Part shown: in pieces, positions 10,352 to 19,966 of the stretch
How positions within the stretch are numbered: position 1 is the first letter of the stretch
How the letters are laid out: the number at the start of each line of letters is the position of its first letter
Assembly: GCA_963820525.1 (NCBI GenBank)
Contig: CAWGAA010000001.1
Location: 3,040,001 to 3,104,000 of the forward strand
DNA length: 64,000 nt
From: an uncultured Spirochaetota bacterium
GTDB lineage: Bacteria; Spirochaetota; Spirochaetia; SZUA-6; Fen-1364
Direction: 5' to 3'
Program-made: the position numbers and the translations under genes
Notes under the pieces: generated by a model
Seen by the model: the letters and a program-made list of their open reading frames with translations, nothing else
What the model was told of the DNA's origin: nothing
Databases searched by the model: none

Positions 10352-10846
10352 TCATTCCAGCGTGACAAGCTCGATGGCCATATCGAGGGTATCGACCACC
10401 GCCACAGTGGCCCTGGGAGCTAGGTAACCGGAACAGGTCCCAGGATTGAGGAGCTTCTTTTCCGTTCCCTCGACTTTCGCCTGATGGTTGTGGCCGTACA
10501 CCACCAGGTCGAATGTTCCGGCGCGAAAGAGGTCCTCGGCGACATCGGGATAGTGCATCATCGCGATCCTTCGGCCGTCCAGGGTGAGCACGTATACGCC
10601 GTCCCTGAAAGTGCAAAAGCCCTCTCCCCGCTTCGTCAGCAGCACCCTGTCGCCATCGTTGTTGCCGAATATCGCGTGCATCTTCACGCCCTTTTCGGTG
10701 AGCGGGGCGAACTCGGGGAGCGTGAAGGGGGAGCAGAAATCCCCCCCATGGAGGATCACATCCACCCGCCGGGACGTGAAAGCGGCCACGGCCTTTCGGA
10801 TGTTGATGAGGTTGTCGTGCGTGTCTGAAATGACTCCGATCTTCAC
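10352..10846 (-). CDS. Metallophosphoesterase (YfcE/MJ0936 family)
   Basis: SDTHDN, HGGD, GNND, GHNH, NPG motifs. Confidence 0.9.
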   Translation of the reverse strand: MKIGVISDTHDNLINIRKAVAAFTSRRVDVILHGGDFCSPFTLPEFAPLTEKGVKMHAIFGNNDGDRVLLTKRGEGFCTFRDGVYVLTLDGRRIAMMHYPDVAEDLFRAGTFDLVVYGHNHQAKVEGTEKKLLNPGTCSGYLAPRATVAVVDTLDMAIELVTLE

Positions 10847-10926
10847 AGCGCTCTCCCGTCGATTCCTTATCGGCCTGCTCCACCTATAGTTTACTTACGA
10901 GCGAGGCCGATGGTACACTCCCCGCC

Positions 10927-11715
10927 ATGGAGAAGCTCGGGATCATCGGTTTCGGCGTCATGGGCGAGGCTTTCGCCGCCGGCCTCAGGCGGCAGGAGCC
11001 GGGGCTCCAGATCAGGGTTTTCGACGTCAAGGCGGAGAAGCTCGCCCCGGCACGAGCGCGGCTCGGGATCACTCCCGCGGGGAGCGCCTCGGAGGTGGTT
11101 CGGCAGAGCGATCTCACCATCCTCTGCGTGAAGCCCCAGGACCGTGCCGCCGTGCTTGCCGAGATCAAGGAAAGCTCGCGCGGCAGGCGGATCATTTCGA
11201 TCCTGGCGGGAACGGGAATCGCAGCCCTCGCTTCAGGTCTCGCCACCGAGCAGATCGCGCGCTTCATGCCCAATATCGCCGCCACCAAGGGCAAGGCCCT
11301 CATCGGGGTCTCCTTCCATTCCAGCGCCGTGAAGGAGTTTCGCGAGGAATGCCTCTCGATCGCCCGGGCCCTGGGCACCCCGATCGAGATCAAAGAGACT
11401 CTCATGGCGGCCATGACGGGAGTCTGCGGCTCGGGGATCGCATTCGTGCTTTCCTTCATCCATGCCATGGCCCAGGGAGGGGTGGCCGCTGGCTTCGACT
11501 ATGGAACGGCCCTCACGGTGGCGAGGGGGGCCGTGGAGGGCGCCGTGAGCCTTCTTGCAGACGGAGCCCACCCGATGGAGCTTGTCAGTCACGTAACCTC
11601 CCCCGCCGGCACCACTATCGCGGGGATACGGGCCCTGGAGAAAGCGGGATTCACGGCCGCCGTCATGGAAGCGGTGGAGGCGGCCAGCCGCAGAGCGCAG
11701 GAGCTCGAGGGGTAG
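10927..11715 (+). CDS. proC: Pyrroline-5-carboxylate reductase
   Basis: IGFGVMG, CVKPQ, RFMPN, GSG, VTSPAGTTIAG. Confidence 0.95.
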   Translation: MEKLGIIGFGVMGEAFAAGLRRQEPGLQIRVFDVKAEKLAPARARLGITPAGSASEVVRQSDLTILCVKPQDRAAVLAEIKESSRGRRIISILAGTGIAALASGLATEQIARFMPNIAATKGKALIGVSFHSSAVKEFREECLSIARALGTPIEIKETLMAAMTGVCGSGIAFVLSFIHAMAQGGVAAGFDYGTALTVARGAVEGAVSLLADGAHPMELVSHVTSPAGTTIAGIRALEKAGFTAAVMEAVEAASRRAQELEG

Positions 11716-11840
11716 GGCGCCGGGCAGCATGCCTGCACGCCAAGCAGCCTGCCACGGCCGCGCGCCGCGGCCGTGGCAGGCCTTCGTAAGGCCGTTCACT
11801 GCTGGACCGAGTCTCGTCTCTTAAGCTATATTCTTAAGCC

Positions 11841-13124
11841 ATGCTCGACCTGAAATTCATCCGCGACAACGTCGACGCGGTCCGGCAGAACGCGAGAAAC
11901 AGGCATGTTTCCGCGGACCCCGATCTCGTCGTCACGCTCTACGACCAGAGAAACGGCGTGCTCAAGGAGCTGGAGTCCACGCGCGCCGCCAGGAACGCCA
12001 ATGCCGACAAGATGAAGGGCAAGCTCTCCGCGGAGGAGCGCGCGGGGCAGATCGAAGAGGGAAAGCGCCTCAAGGAAGTCATTGCCCGTCTCGAGAAGAG
12101 CCACGAGGAGCTGGAGAAGAAGCTCACCGAAGAGGCCATGAAGATCCCCAACATGTCGCATCCGGACGCGCCGGTGGCGGAGGGGGAGGCCGGAAATCGA
12201 GAGCTTCGCACGTGGGGGACTGTCCCCTCCTTCGCTTTCGCCGCGCGGGATCACGTGGAGATCGGCCAGTCGCTCGATCTGATCGATTTTGAAACCGCCG
12301 CCAGGGTGACGGGGCAGAAGTTCTACTACCTGCGCAACGAGGCCGTCATCCTGGAGCTCGCCCTGGTGCGCTATGCCCTGGACACGCTGGCCGCCGCGGG
12401 CTTCACCCTCATGGCGACGCCGGACCTCGCCCGCGAGCAGATCGTGGCGGGACACGGGTTCAATCCGCGCGGACCGGAGAGCAACATGTATCTGGTTGAA
12501 GGGACGGACCTCTGTCTCATCGCAACGGCGGAGTTCACCCTCGGCGGGTACAATGCGGGAGCGCTTCTCGACCTGGAGGCCTTGCCGGTCAAGCTGGCCG
12601 GGGTCTCGCACTGTTTTCGAAGGGAAGCGGGAGCGGCGGGGCAATTCTCGAAAGGACTGTACCGGGTCCACCAGTTCACCAAGGTGGAGATGTTCGTCTA
12701 CAGCCACCCCGCGAAATCCGAGGAGATGCTGGAGCGGTTGATCGGTCTGGAAGAGAAGATCTTCCAGGGACTGGAGATCCCGTACCGGATCGTCGACACA
12801 TGCACGGGAGACCTCGGGGGTCCCGCCTATCGCAAGTTCGACATCGAGGCGTGGATGCCGGGGCGGGGAGAAAAGGGCAAGTGGGGCGAGATCACCAGCG
12901 CCTCCAACTGCACCGACTACCAGGCGCGCCGACTGGCGATCCGCTTCAAGGAGGAGGGGAAGAACAGGTTCGTGCACACGCTCAACGGCACGGCGCTCGC
13001 CGTTTCGCGAACGCTTATCGCGCTTCTTGAAAACTTCCAGCAAGCTGATGGATCGGTGCGCCTGCCTCAGAGGATCGCGGACTATGCGGGATTTGCCGAG
13101 CTGAAGGCGAAATCAGCGGGATAA
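11841..13124 (+). CDS. serS: Serine--tRNA ligase
   Basis: MLDLKFIR, LIATAE, CFRREAG, RVHQFTKVE, SASNCTDYQARR, HTLNGT. Confidence 0.97.
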   Translation: MLDLKFIRDNVDAVRQNARNRHVSADPDLVVTLYDQRNGVLKELESTRAARNANADKMKGKLSAEERAGQIEEGKRLKEVIARLEKSHEELEKKLTEEAMKIPNMSHPDAPVAEGEAGNRELRTWGTVPSFAFAARDHVEIGQSLDLIDFETAARVTGQKFYYLRNEAVILELALVRYALDTLAAAGFTLMATPDLAREQIVAGHGFNPRGPESNMYLVEGTDLCLIATAEFTLGGYNAGALLDLEALPVKLAGVSHCFRREAGAAGQFSKGLYRVHQFTKVEMFVYSHPAKSEEMLERLIGLEEKIFQGLEIPYRIVDTCTGDLGGPAYRKFDIEAWMPGRGEKGKWGEITSASNCTDYQARRLAIRFKEEGKNRFVHTLNGTALAVSRTLIALLENFQQADGSVRLPQRIADYAGFAELKAKSAG

Positions 13125-13145
13125 GCGCTTTCGCTGCCGTTCAAT

Positions 13146-13175
13146 CAAAGGGCGGCCTGCGGGCCGCCCTCTTTG
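13146..13175. terminator. Intrinsic terminator between convergent genes
   Basis: AGGGCGGCC-TGCG-GGCCGCCCT perfect stem with A/T flanks. Confidence 0.7.
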
Positions 13176-13202
13176 TTCATCGAGAAAAGTCTGGCTTTGC
13201 CT

Positions 13203-13421
13203 CTACCTGCTTCCCACCAGCTTGTGCAGGGTCTTGGCAAGGGTCTCCTGGTAATCCTTGAAGATCACCGTTTTTCCCGAGAAGGTAGCCTTTCTCATGG
13301 AGAGCCGGAGCTTCTCCTCGCAGGAGAGACAGAGATCCTTGTCCATAAACGTCACATAGTTGTAGTCTCTACGGGCGCCGGGAACCGGCTTCTTGCATGC
13401 ATCACAGATAATGTCCGTCAT
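13203..13421 (-). CDS. Small hypothetical protein with two CxxC motifs
   Basis: MTDIICDAC...LCLSC; AAGGAG RBS. Confidence 0.65.
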   Translation of the reverse strand: MTDIICDACKKPVPGARRDYNYVTFMDKDLCLSCEEKLRLSMRKATFSGKTVIFKDYQETLAKTLHKLVGSR

Positions 13422-13560
13422 GTCTCTCTCCTTCTTGTCTCTTGCCACTAGTGTAACCCATACAGCCCCGGTTGTCGAGCGCCTTTTTCGGATTCTCGGG
13501 GGGCGCGGTGGACGATATGACCCATTTCTGTGTAGTATATTTTCCCGAGAGGGGGACAAG

Positions 13561-14664
13561 ATGGGTGACGCTCTTGCACGCTTGAAAGCGGAAAAAATCC
13601 CCTTCCTTTACTGCAGCTATTCCTCCCTCGACCGGTTCTTCCGGGTCCGAGAAGCGGGGTCCACCTTCCTGGCAACGGATTCCTCCATTGTCTCCCTGGC
13701 GAAGGCCTTCGAAGGGCTGCAGTTCCCCGGGCTTCCCCTGGAGGATGCCGCCGTGCAGGAGAACGGGAGCCGCCTCATCTTCCGCTGCGTCGATTCCCTG
13801 GCGCTTCCCCCCGCCCAGCCCTTCACGGTGCTGACCCTGCTGTACGACTCGGAGCGCGATGCCTTTATCGACCGTTTCGGAGTCTACCCCGACCTTCGCG
13901 CCCTCCATCTCGCACCCGTGTCGGGAGACTACCCGCCGTGGCTCGTGCTCTCGGAGGCGGCCAAGCTCGTGTCCCGCTACCACTACGGCACCGAAGGGCT
14001 TGCCAGCGAATGGAGGGCGGGCGAGGCGCTGCCCCCTCTTTCATACCAGAAGGATTTCCTCGCATCCCTCATGATCTCCCGGTTCCCGGAGAAGGGACTC
14101 GGGCTGCTCTTCGCGGCAGGCTTCGTGGAGGAGGCCTGGCCGGAGCTCGCCGAGATGGCCAGAGTCAACCACGCCAAGGATTACCACCCCGAGGGGGACG
14201 TCTGGGCGCATACGCTGGAGACTCTGAAGTACAGGAAGCGCGCCGACTTGATTCTCTCCCTGTCGCTCCTCCTGCATGACTCGGGAAAGCCGGGAACCGA
14301 GGGCTCGGGAGAGAAGCGCTTCGACGGCCATGCCGAGCTGGGCTCCATCATCGCCACGCGGTTCCTCAAGCGCCTCGGATTCAGCGAATCGACCATTGGA
14401 GACGTGAGCTTCCTGGTGCGCTACCACATGATGCCGCTGGCCCTGAAGAAGCTCCCCCAGTACCGCACCGAGCCCATCCTCTCCTCGCCCCTTTTCCCGC
14501 AGCTTCTCGAGCTGTACCGCGCGGATCTTTCCTCCTCCTACGCCGACCCGGAGGGCTACTACGAGGCGTGCCGGATCTATAGGGCATTCCTCCGCGAGCG
14601 GGAAAACCCTTACCGAATGGTGAAGAAGCGGAGCCAGAGATCGTCGGGAGCCTTCAGGAAATAG
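13561..14664 (+). CDS. HD-domain protein resembling the C-terminal part of CCA-adding/poly(A) polymerase enzymes
   Basis: YHPEGDVWAHT, LLHDSGKP, FDGHAELG. Confidence 0.75.
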   Translation: MGDALARLKAEKIPFLYCSYSSLDRFFRVREAGSTFLATDSSIVSLAKAFEGLQFPGLPLEDAAVQENGSRLIFRCVDSLALPPAQPFTVLTLLYDSERDAFIDRFGVYPDLRALHLAPVSGDYPPWLVLSEAAKLVSRYHYGTEGLASEWRAGEALPPLSYQKDFLASLMISRFPEKGLGLLFAAGFVEEAWPELAEMARVNHAKDYHPEGDVWAHTLETLKYRKRADLILSLSLLLHDSGKPGTEGSGEKRFDGHAELGSIIATRFLKRLGFSESTIGDVSFLVRYHMMPLALKKLPQYRTEPILSSPLFPQLLELYRADLSSSYADPEGYYEACRIYRAFLRERENPYRMVKKRSQRSSGAFRK

Positions 14665-14678
14665 AGAGGGCGACCGGC

Positions 14679-16010
14679 TCAGCCGAAGCTGGAAAGAAGA
14701 AAGCGCGAAAGCTCGGGAAAGCCCGTGCCCACTTTTATAGAGCTCTTCGGCAGGGACAGGCATCGGGCGATCCTCTCGGGGATCTCGGGTGAGGCGCCCA
14801 CGGCATCTTCCACGATGTCGAGGAACTTGGCGGGATGCGCCGTTGCCAGAACCACCACCTGCTCTTCGCTCGGCCGCGACGCGAGCCACCGGCGGCCGGC
14901 CTTATAGCCTACCGCGGTGTGGGGATCCAGGAACACGCCGTGGCTCTCGTACGCTTCCCGCATCGTCCGGCGGGTCTCGTCATCCGTGACGGTGAGGCCG
15001 TGGATCGCCTCGCGGATGGAGCTCCAATCGCCATGGAAAACCTCCAGGAGGCGCTCGAAGTTGCTCGGATTTCCGACGTCCATCGCATTGGAGAGGGTCA
15101 CCTCTGAAGCCCGGGGTGCATAGATTCCGCTTGAAAGGTACCGGGGGACAACGTCGTTGACATTCGTGGCCGCGATGAATGAGAGCACGGGCAGTCCCCA
15201 GCGCCAGGCGTAGACGCCGGCGGTGAGGTTTCCGAAGTTGCCGCTGGGAACGCAGACCGTGGTCGGCCGCTCCCCCGGCCGCCCGGCGCCGGCCGTTCCG
15301 TGAAGCGCGGCTCGGTGGGTGAGGGCATGGATGTAGTAGAAGCACTGGGGAAGAAGCCTTCCTATATTGATGGAATTGGCCGAGGTCAGGCGGAGCCTCC
15401 GCCGCAGGGTTTCGTCCCGGAATGCTTCCTTTGCCAGGCGCTGACAATCGTCGAAGCTTCCCTCCACCTCCAGGGCGTGGACGTTTCCTCCCAGCGTGGT
15501 GAGCTGTTTTTCCTGGAGGTTGCTCACCCTGCCGGATGGATACAGTATCACCACGTCGATGTTATCCCTGCCGTGAAAGGCGTTGGCGACTGCGCTGCCC
15601 GTGTCGCCGGAGGTTGCCACGAGGATCTGGGTCCGCCGGCCCTCGCTTTTGAGGAAGTGTTCCATGCACGAGGCGAGAAACTGCGCCCCGAAATCCTTGA
15701 AAGCGCAGGTGGGGCCGCCAAAGAGCTCGAGGAGAAGCACCCGATCGTCGAGCCTGCGAAGCTCGGGCTGGAACGTGAAGGCGCGCAAGGCAATGCGCTC
15801 CGCGGTCTCGCGGTCGATCTCCGGAGAGAAGAGGGCCTCGGCGGTGGACGCGGCAAGGTCCGTGAACGAGGTCTCATCGCCGAAGGAGGTGAAAAGCCCC
15901 GCCAGATCGGGCCATTCGACGGGATGGAAGAGCCCTCCATCGGGAGCGAGCCCCTGGAACAGCGCCTCCCTGAAGCTCACGGTGCCGCCGCTTCTGCTCC
16001 TGAATCTCAT
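14679..16010 (-). CDS. thrC: Threonine synthase
   Basis: GLAPDGGL, PTCAFKDFG, ATSGDTG, NSINIGR, PSGNFGN, ATAHPAKF. Confidence 0.95.
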   Translation of the reverse strand: MRFRSRSGGTVSFREALFQGLAPDGGLFHPVEWPDLAGLFTSFGDETSFTDLAASTAEALFSPEIDRETAERIALRAFTFQPELRRLDDRVLLLELFGGPTCAFKDFGAQFLASCMEHFLKSEGRRTQILVATSGDTGSAVANAFHGRDNIDVVILYPSGRVSNLQEKQLTTLGGNVHALEVEGSFDDCQRLAKEAFRDETLRRRLRLTSANSINIGRLLPQCFYYIHALTHRAALHGTAGAGRPGERPTTVCVPSGNFGNLTAGVYAWRWGLPVLSFIAATNVNDVVPRYLSSGIYAPRASEVTLSNAMDVGNPSNFERLLEVFHGDWSSIREAIHGLTVTDDETRRTMREAYESHGVFLDPHTAVGYKAGRRWLASRPSEEQVVVLATAHPAKFLDIVEDAVGASPEIPERIARCLSLPKSSIKVGTGFPELSRFLLSSFG

Positions 16011-16960
16011 GACGACTCCTTGCTGGAAAGGACCACGGGTCCCCGGGTGTTGATCGAGGAGATATAGATATCGCTTGAAAGCCCTGCGCCGAGGAAAGCC
16101 TCCGCCATGGCGGCTCCCGCCGCCTCGGCGAGGGGCTGTGACGCGCAGAGCGCGAAGATGGAAGGGCCGGATCCCGAGATGGAGCAGCCCAGCGCGCCCG
16201 AGGAGAGGGCGGCCGCCTTCACCGCCGGGAAGCCTGGGATGAGGAGGGATCGCACGGGCTCGGCAACGACGTCCTGTAGCGACCTTCCCAAAAGGGCGAG
16301 ATCGCTTTCATAGAGCGCCGCCACGAGCGCGGCGAGGTTCCCCCACTGCCGGATTGCGGCGGCGAGGGGAATCTCCTTCTTGAGGATCTTCCTGGCGTCG
16401 GAGGTTTTCACCTCCGTATGCGGGTGGACGACGGCGCAGGCGAGACCCGGGGGAACGGGGAGCCTGATCACGTCGAGAGGCTCATAGCTTCTCACCAGGA
16501 CGAATCCCCCCAAGAGCGACGGCGCCACGTTGTCGGCATGGGCGCTGCCGCATGCCGCCTTCTCGGCTTCCAGGGTGAAGGGGATGAGATCCGCCGGGGA
16601 AAAGAGGCTTCCCGCCAGGAGGTTGGCGGCCCATGCCGCCGCCGCCGCGCTCGCGGCGGAGCTTCCCAGCCCCGAGCTGGAGGGCATGCGCTTTTCCAGG
16701 ATCACCTCGACTCCGAAGTCGGCGCCGATGTGCCGCAAGAGCGCCCCTGCCGCCACCGTCGCCGTGTTCTTGTCCGGATCGAGGGAAAGCTTCCCCTCGT
16801 CGCCCCGGATCTCCCGGATGACGACCTTCTTCTCCGCGAGGCGGGTGAGGGTAACGGCATCCCCCGGAGCCTCCAGAGCGAAGCCCAGAACGTCGAAGCC
16901 GGATGCGACATTGGCCACCGTAGCCGGAGCGAAGACGGTCACGGAATCGAGCCTTCCCAC
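16007..16960 (-). CDS. thrB: Homoserine kinase
   Basis: APATVANVASGFDVLG, GLGSSAAS, HADNVAP, ISGSGPS; GTG start estimated. Confidence 0.93.
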   Translation of the reverse strand: MGRLDSVTVFAPATVANVASGFDVLGFALEAPGDAVTLTRLAEKKVVIREIRGDEGKLSLDPDKNTATVAAGALLRHIGADFGVEVILEKRMPSSSGLGSSAASAAAAAWAANLLAGSLFSPADLIPFTLEAEKAACGSAHADNVAPSLLGGFVLVRSYEPLDVIRLPVPPGLACAVVHPHTEVKTSDARKILKKEIPLAAAIRQWGNLAALVAALYESDLALLGRSLQDVVAEPVRSLLIPGFPAVKAAALSSGALGCSISGSGPSIFALCASQPLAEAAGAAMAEAFLGAGLSSDIYISSINTRGPVVLSSKESS

Positions 16961-16971
16961 GGCCGCTGTCC

Positions 16972-18366
16972 TCAAGTCTTCTTGGCCGAGAGGAACGCCG
17001 AATGTATCGTGCGCAGGGCCAGGGTGCGGTTCTTCTCCTCGATGACGAACGAAATGTTCCGCTCCGAGGACCCCTGGGCGATGACCAGGATGTTGATCCC
17101 CGCCGCGCCCAAGGCGCTGAACAGGCGCCCCGCGATTCCGGGCGTGCCGCGCATGTTCTCCCCGATCACGGAGACAACCAGAAGATCGCGGATGAGATTG
17201 AAGTTCTGGATCCGCTTGGTCTCCAGCTCCAGGGCAAGCTCCCGGCCAAGGGCGGCGAGGGCGCGCTCGGCCTCCGGGGTCCTGAACACGAGGCAGATTG
17301 TATGCTCCGAGGATGCCTGGGAGATCATGATGATGTTGATCCCCTCGCGGGCCAGGGCTCCGAAGATCCGCGCGGCGATTCCGGGAATCCCGATCATGCC
17401 CCCACCCTCGATATTCACCAGGGAGACGCCCTCGATCGAGGCGATGCCCGTGATCGCCGGGCTCTTGCGCTCGCCCGGCGCGACGCCGATCATCGTGCCG
17501 GGAGCCGAGGGGTTGAAGGTGTTCTTGATCCGTATGGGAATGCCCTTCTCCACGGCGGGGATCATGCTGTAGGGGTGCACCACCTTCGCGCCGAAGAAGG
17601 AGAGCTCCATGGCCTCCTCGTAGCTGATCGCGGGCACGACGAAGGCGTCCGGCACGATGCGGGGATCCGCGGAGAGCACCCCGTCCACGTCGGTCCAGAT
17701 GTCGATGAGGTCCACCCCCGCCCCGGCGCCGATGATCGAGGCCGTATAGTCGGATCCATTCCTGCCCAGGGTCGTGGTGACGCCATTCTCCGTGGCGCCG
17801 ATGAAACCGGGAATGACCGCTATGCCGTCCACCGCGGACAGGCGCGCTTCGATGCGCGCGTACGTCTTGGGAAAGTTGACGGAGGCCGAGCCGAACCTGT
17901 CGTCGGTCACGATCATCTCCCGGGCGTCGACGTTCACCGCCTCCATTCCCCGGCTTCGCATGTAAGCGGTGACCAGGCTGCAGGAGAGCCGTTCGCCGAA
18001 GCTCATGGCGAGGTCCAGCGTGCGCGGCGAACATTCCTTGAGGAGCTCCACCCCGTGGAGGATCTCTTCCAGCTCGTTGAACATGAGCTGGAGGGGGGTG
18101 ATCACGGCCGCCTGATCGGCCGGCGCGAAAAGCTGCCGCACGGCGGTAAAGTGCTGGACGCGGATCTTCTCCATCGCCTCGCCGTGACCGCCGGAGCCCT
18201 CCTCGGCCCTCCGGGCCGCTTCGATCAAGAGGTCCGTGACCCCCTTCATTGCCGAGAGGACCACGGCGATCCTGTCCTCGCGCGCGGCCCGGGACACGAT
18301 CTCCACCACCGCCGTGATGCGCTGTGCATCCCCCACGGAGCTTCCGCCGAACTTGAGGACCTTCAT
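16972..18366 (-). CDS. Aspartate kinase with two ACT domains
   Basis: KFGGSS, TTLGRNGSDYTA, WTDVDG; no homoserine dehydrogenase domain. Confidence 0.93.
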   Translation of the reverse strand: MKVLKFGGSSVGDAQRITAVVEIVSRAAREDRIAVVLSAMKGVTDLLIEAARRAEEGSGGHGEAMEKIRVQHFTAVRQLFAPADQAAVITPLQLMFNELEEILHGVELLKECSPRTLDLAMSFGERLSCSLVTAYMRSRGMEAVNVDAREMIVTDDRFGSASVNFPKTYARIEARLSAVDGIAVIPGFIGATENGVTTTLGRNGSDYTASIIGAGAGVDLIDIWTDVDGVLSADPRIVPDAFVVPAISYEEAMELSFFGAKVVHPYSMIPAVEKGIPIRIKNTFNPSAPGTMIGVAPGERKSPAITGIASIEGVSLVNIEGGGMIGIPGIAARIFGALAREGINIIMISQASSEHTICLVFRTPEAERALAALGRELALELETKRIQNFNLIRDLLVVSVIGENMRGTPGIAGRLFSALGAAGINILVIAQGSSERNISFVIEEKNRTLALRTIHSAFLSAKKT

Positions 18367-18373
18367 GTCTTCC

Positions 18374-18787
18374 TCATTCCCCCATGACCTTGATGATGAG
18401 CCGCTTGGACCTCTGCCCGTCGAACTCCGCGTAGTACACCTGCTGCCAGGGCCCCAGGTCGAGCCTGCCGCCCGTGATGGGGAGGATCACCTCATGGCCG
18501 ATGAGGAGGTTCTTGAGGTGACTGTCCCCGTTTTTTTCCCCGGTGGCATGATGGCGGTAGTCGGAGCGGAACGGGGCCAGCGTATCCACCCACTGGTCGA
18601 TGTCCTGGATGAGCCCGTTCTCGGCGTCGTTCACATAGACCCCCGCGGTGATGTGCATCGCCGATACCAGCGCCATCCCCTCCCGGCACCCGCTCTTGGC
18701 GACCGCCTCGGCCACCCTGTCCGTGATATTGATGTACTCGCGGTGCTTGCGCGTGTTGAAGGTGAGATACTCCGTGTGGAACTTCAT
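18374..18787 (-). CDS. yjbQ: YjbQ family protein
   Basis: [26 protein letters not shown]. Confidence 0.88.
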   Translation of the reverse strand: MKFHTEYLTFNTRKHREYINITDRVAEAVAKSGCREGMALVSAMHITAGVYVNDAENGLIQDIDQWVDTLAPFRSDYRHHATGEKNGDSHLKNLLIGHEVILPITGGRLDLGPWQQVYYAEFDGQRSKRLIIKVMGE

Positions 18788-18861
18788 GGGATTACCCCCG
18801 GGTGAGGTAGGAATATACACTTTTTCGCGAACCGAGGTCCAGATCAAGCCAAGGATGGCTG

Positions 18862-18998
18862 AAGGCGGCCGAGCACAGGGAAGTGCGGAAGGCCGCCTCA
18901 AGCCAGGCAAGGCGGCCGAGCACAGGGAGGTGCGGGAGGCCGCCTCAAGCCAGGCAAGGCGGCCGAGCACAGGGAGGTGCGGGAGGCCGCCTCAAGCC
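18862..18998. repeat. 47-bp palindromic tandem repeat, ~3 copies
   Basis: AAGGCGGCCGAGCACAGGGARGTGCGGRAGGCCGCCTCAAGCC(AGGC) units starting at 18862, 18909, 18956. Confidence 0.9.
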
Positions 18999-18999
18999 T

Positions 19000-19887
19000 C
19001 TACGCCGTCTTCATCTCCTGCCATTTCTTCCATTGGTACCATTGCTCCGGGTATTGGCGAACGTAGCTCTGCCACAACTCCAGCACGTTCCTCGAGGTGC
19101 TCTCCGGCTTCTTCTCTACAGACACGTCCTCGATAATCAGGTTGTAGTGGCCATTTCCGCACCTTTTCAGGAAAGCCGCGACGACCGGGGATTCGGAGCG
19201 GTGGGAGAGCACATCGATTGTATTGTCGAAGAACAGCTCCTTGCCGAAGAGCTGGATCGTGCTCCGCCGCCGCTTGTGCCACGCATCCACCTCGTCGCAT
19301 TGGGTCATGAGCACGCGGTTGGATTTCAGGGCCTGCATTGCGCGCATGAGAATCGAGCCGCCGAAGCACGAGGAGATGAGCTCGGTGCCGACCCGCCTCG
19401 TCCTTCCCAGGAGGCATCTGGCCAGGCGCGCGCTGGAGCATTCCATGATGATGCTCGCCGGGAAACCGAGGAGGAAGAGCATCCATGGGATGAACTCGAC
19501 TCCTCCCCAGTGGGCGGTGACCAGGATGCAGCCTTTCCCTTTTTGGAGGGCTTCCGCAATGAGCTCCTTGCCGCTGACCTGGAAATGCTCCCGCACGTAG
19601 CGCAAGACATTTTCGAAGTCGAAGAAGGCGGCGAACATCTTCTCGAAATAGTGGGTGAAGATGCCCCTGAAAGTCTCGTGGACGACCTTCTTGACGAAGC
19701 GTTCCTCCTGGCCCTCAAAGACATCCCATACGTTCCTCTCGATCAAACGCTTCTCCTTGCGGTTGAATAGCGCATAGAAGAGAGCCCCGATCTGTTGAAT
19801 GTATGCCTGAGCAGCCCTGGGGCTCAGATGACGGAAGAGAAAGACGTTCAAGGTCGATTGGAAGAATGTAGAAATGTTTATTTTCAT
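19000..19887 (-). CDS. Lysophospholipid/lipid A (LpxL-like) acyltransferase family protein
   Basis: GKGCILVTAHWGGVE, YPEQWYQW. Confidence 0.85.
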   Translation of the reverse strand: MKINISTFFQSTLNVFLFRHLSPRAAQAYIQQIGALFYALFNRKEKRLIERNVWDVFEGQEERFVKKVVHETFRGIFTHYFEKMFAAFFDFENVLRYVREHFQVSGKELIAEALQKGKGCILVTAHWGGVEFIPWMLFLLGFPASIIMECSSARLARCLLGRTRRVGTELISSCFGGSILMRAMQALKSNRVLMTQCDEVDAWHKRRRSTIQLFGKELFFDNTIDVLSHRSESPVVAAFLKRCGNGHYNLIIEDVSVEKKPESTSRNVLELWQSYVRQYPEQWYQWKKWQEMKTA

Positions 19888-19966
19888 ACAAACCTCCGAG
19901 GATAGAATTTTTGTGATTATATCACATCATTGAAATAATGGAGATGCAAGCGGTTATTTAGATATT

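Noticed and set aside
16007..18034. 675 aa ORF suggesting a long ThrB fusion
   Set aside because: The upstream part is an alternative frame of the aspartokinase gene; ThrB motifs start near 16960.
18862..18998. Possible CRISPR array
   Set aside because: Units are contiguous with no unique spacers and there are no cas genes in the window.
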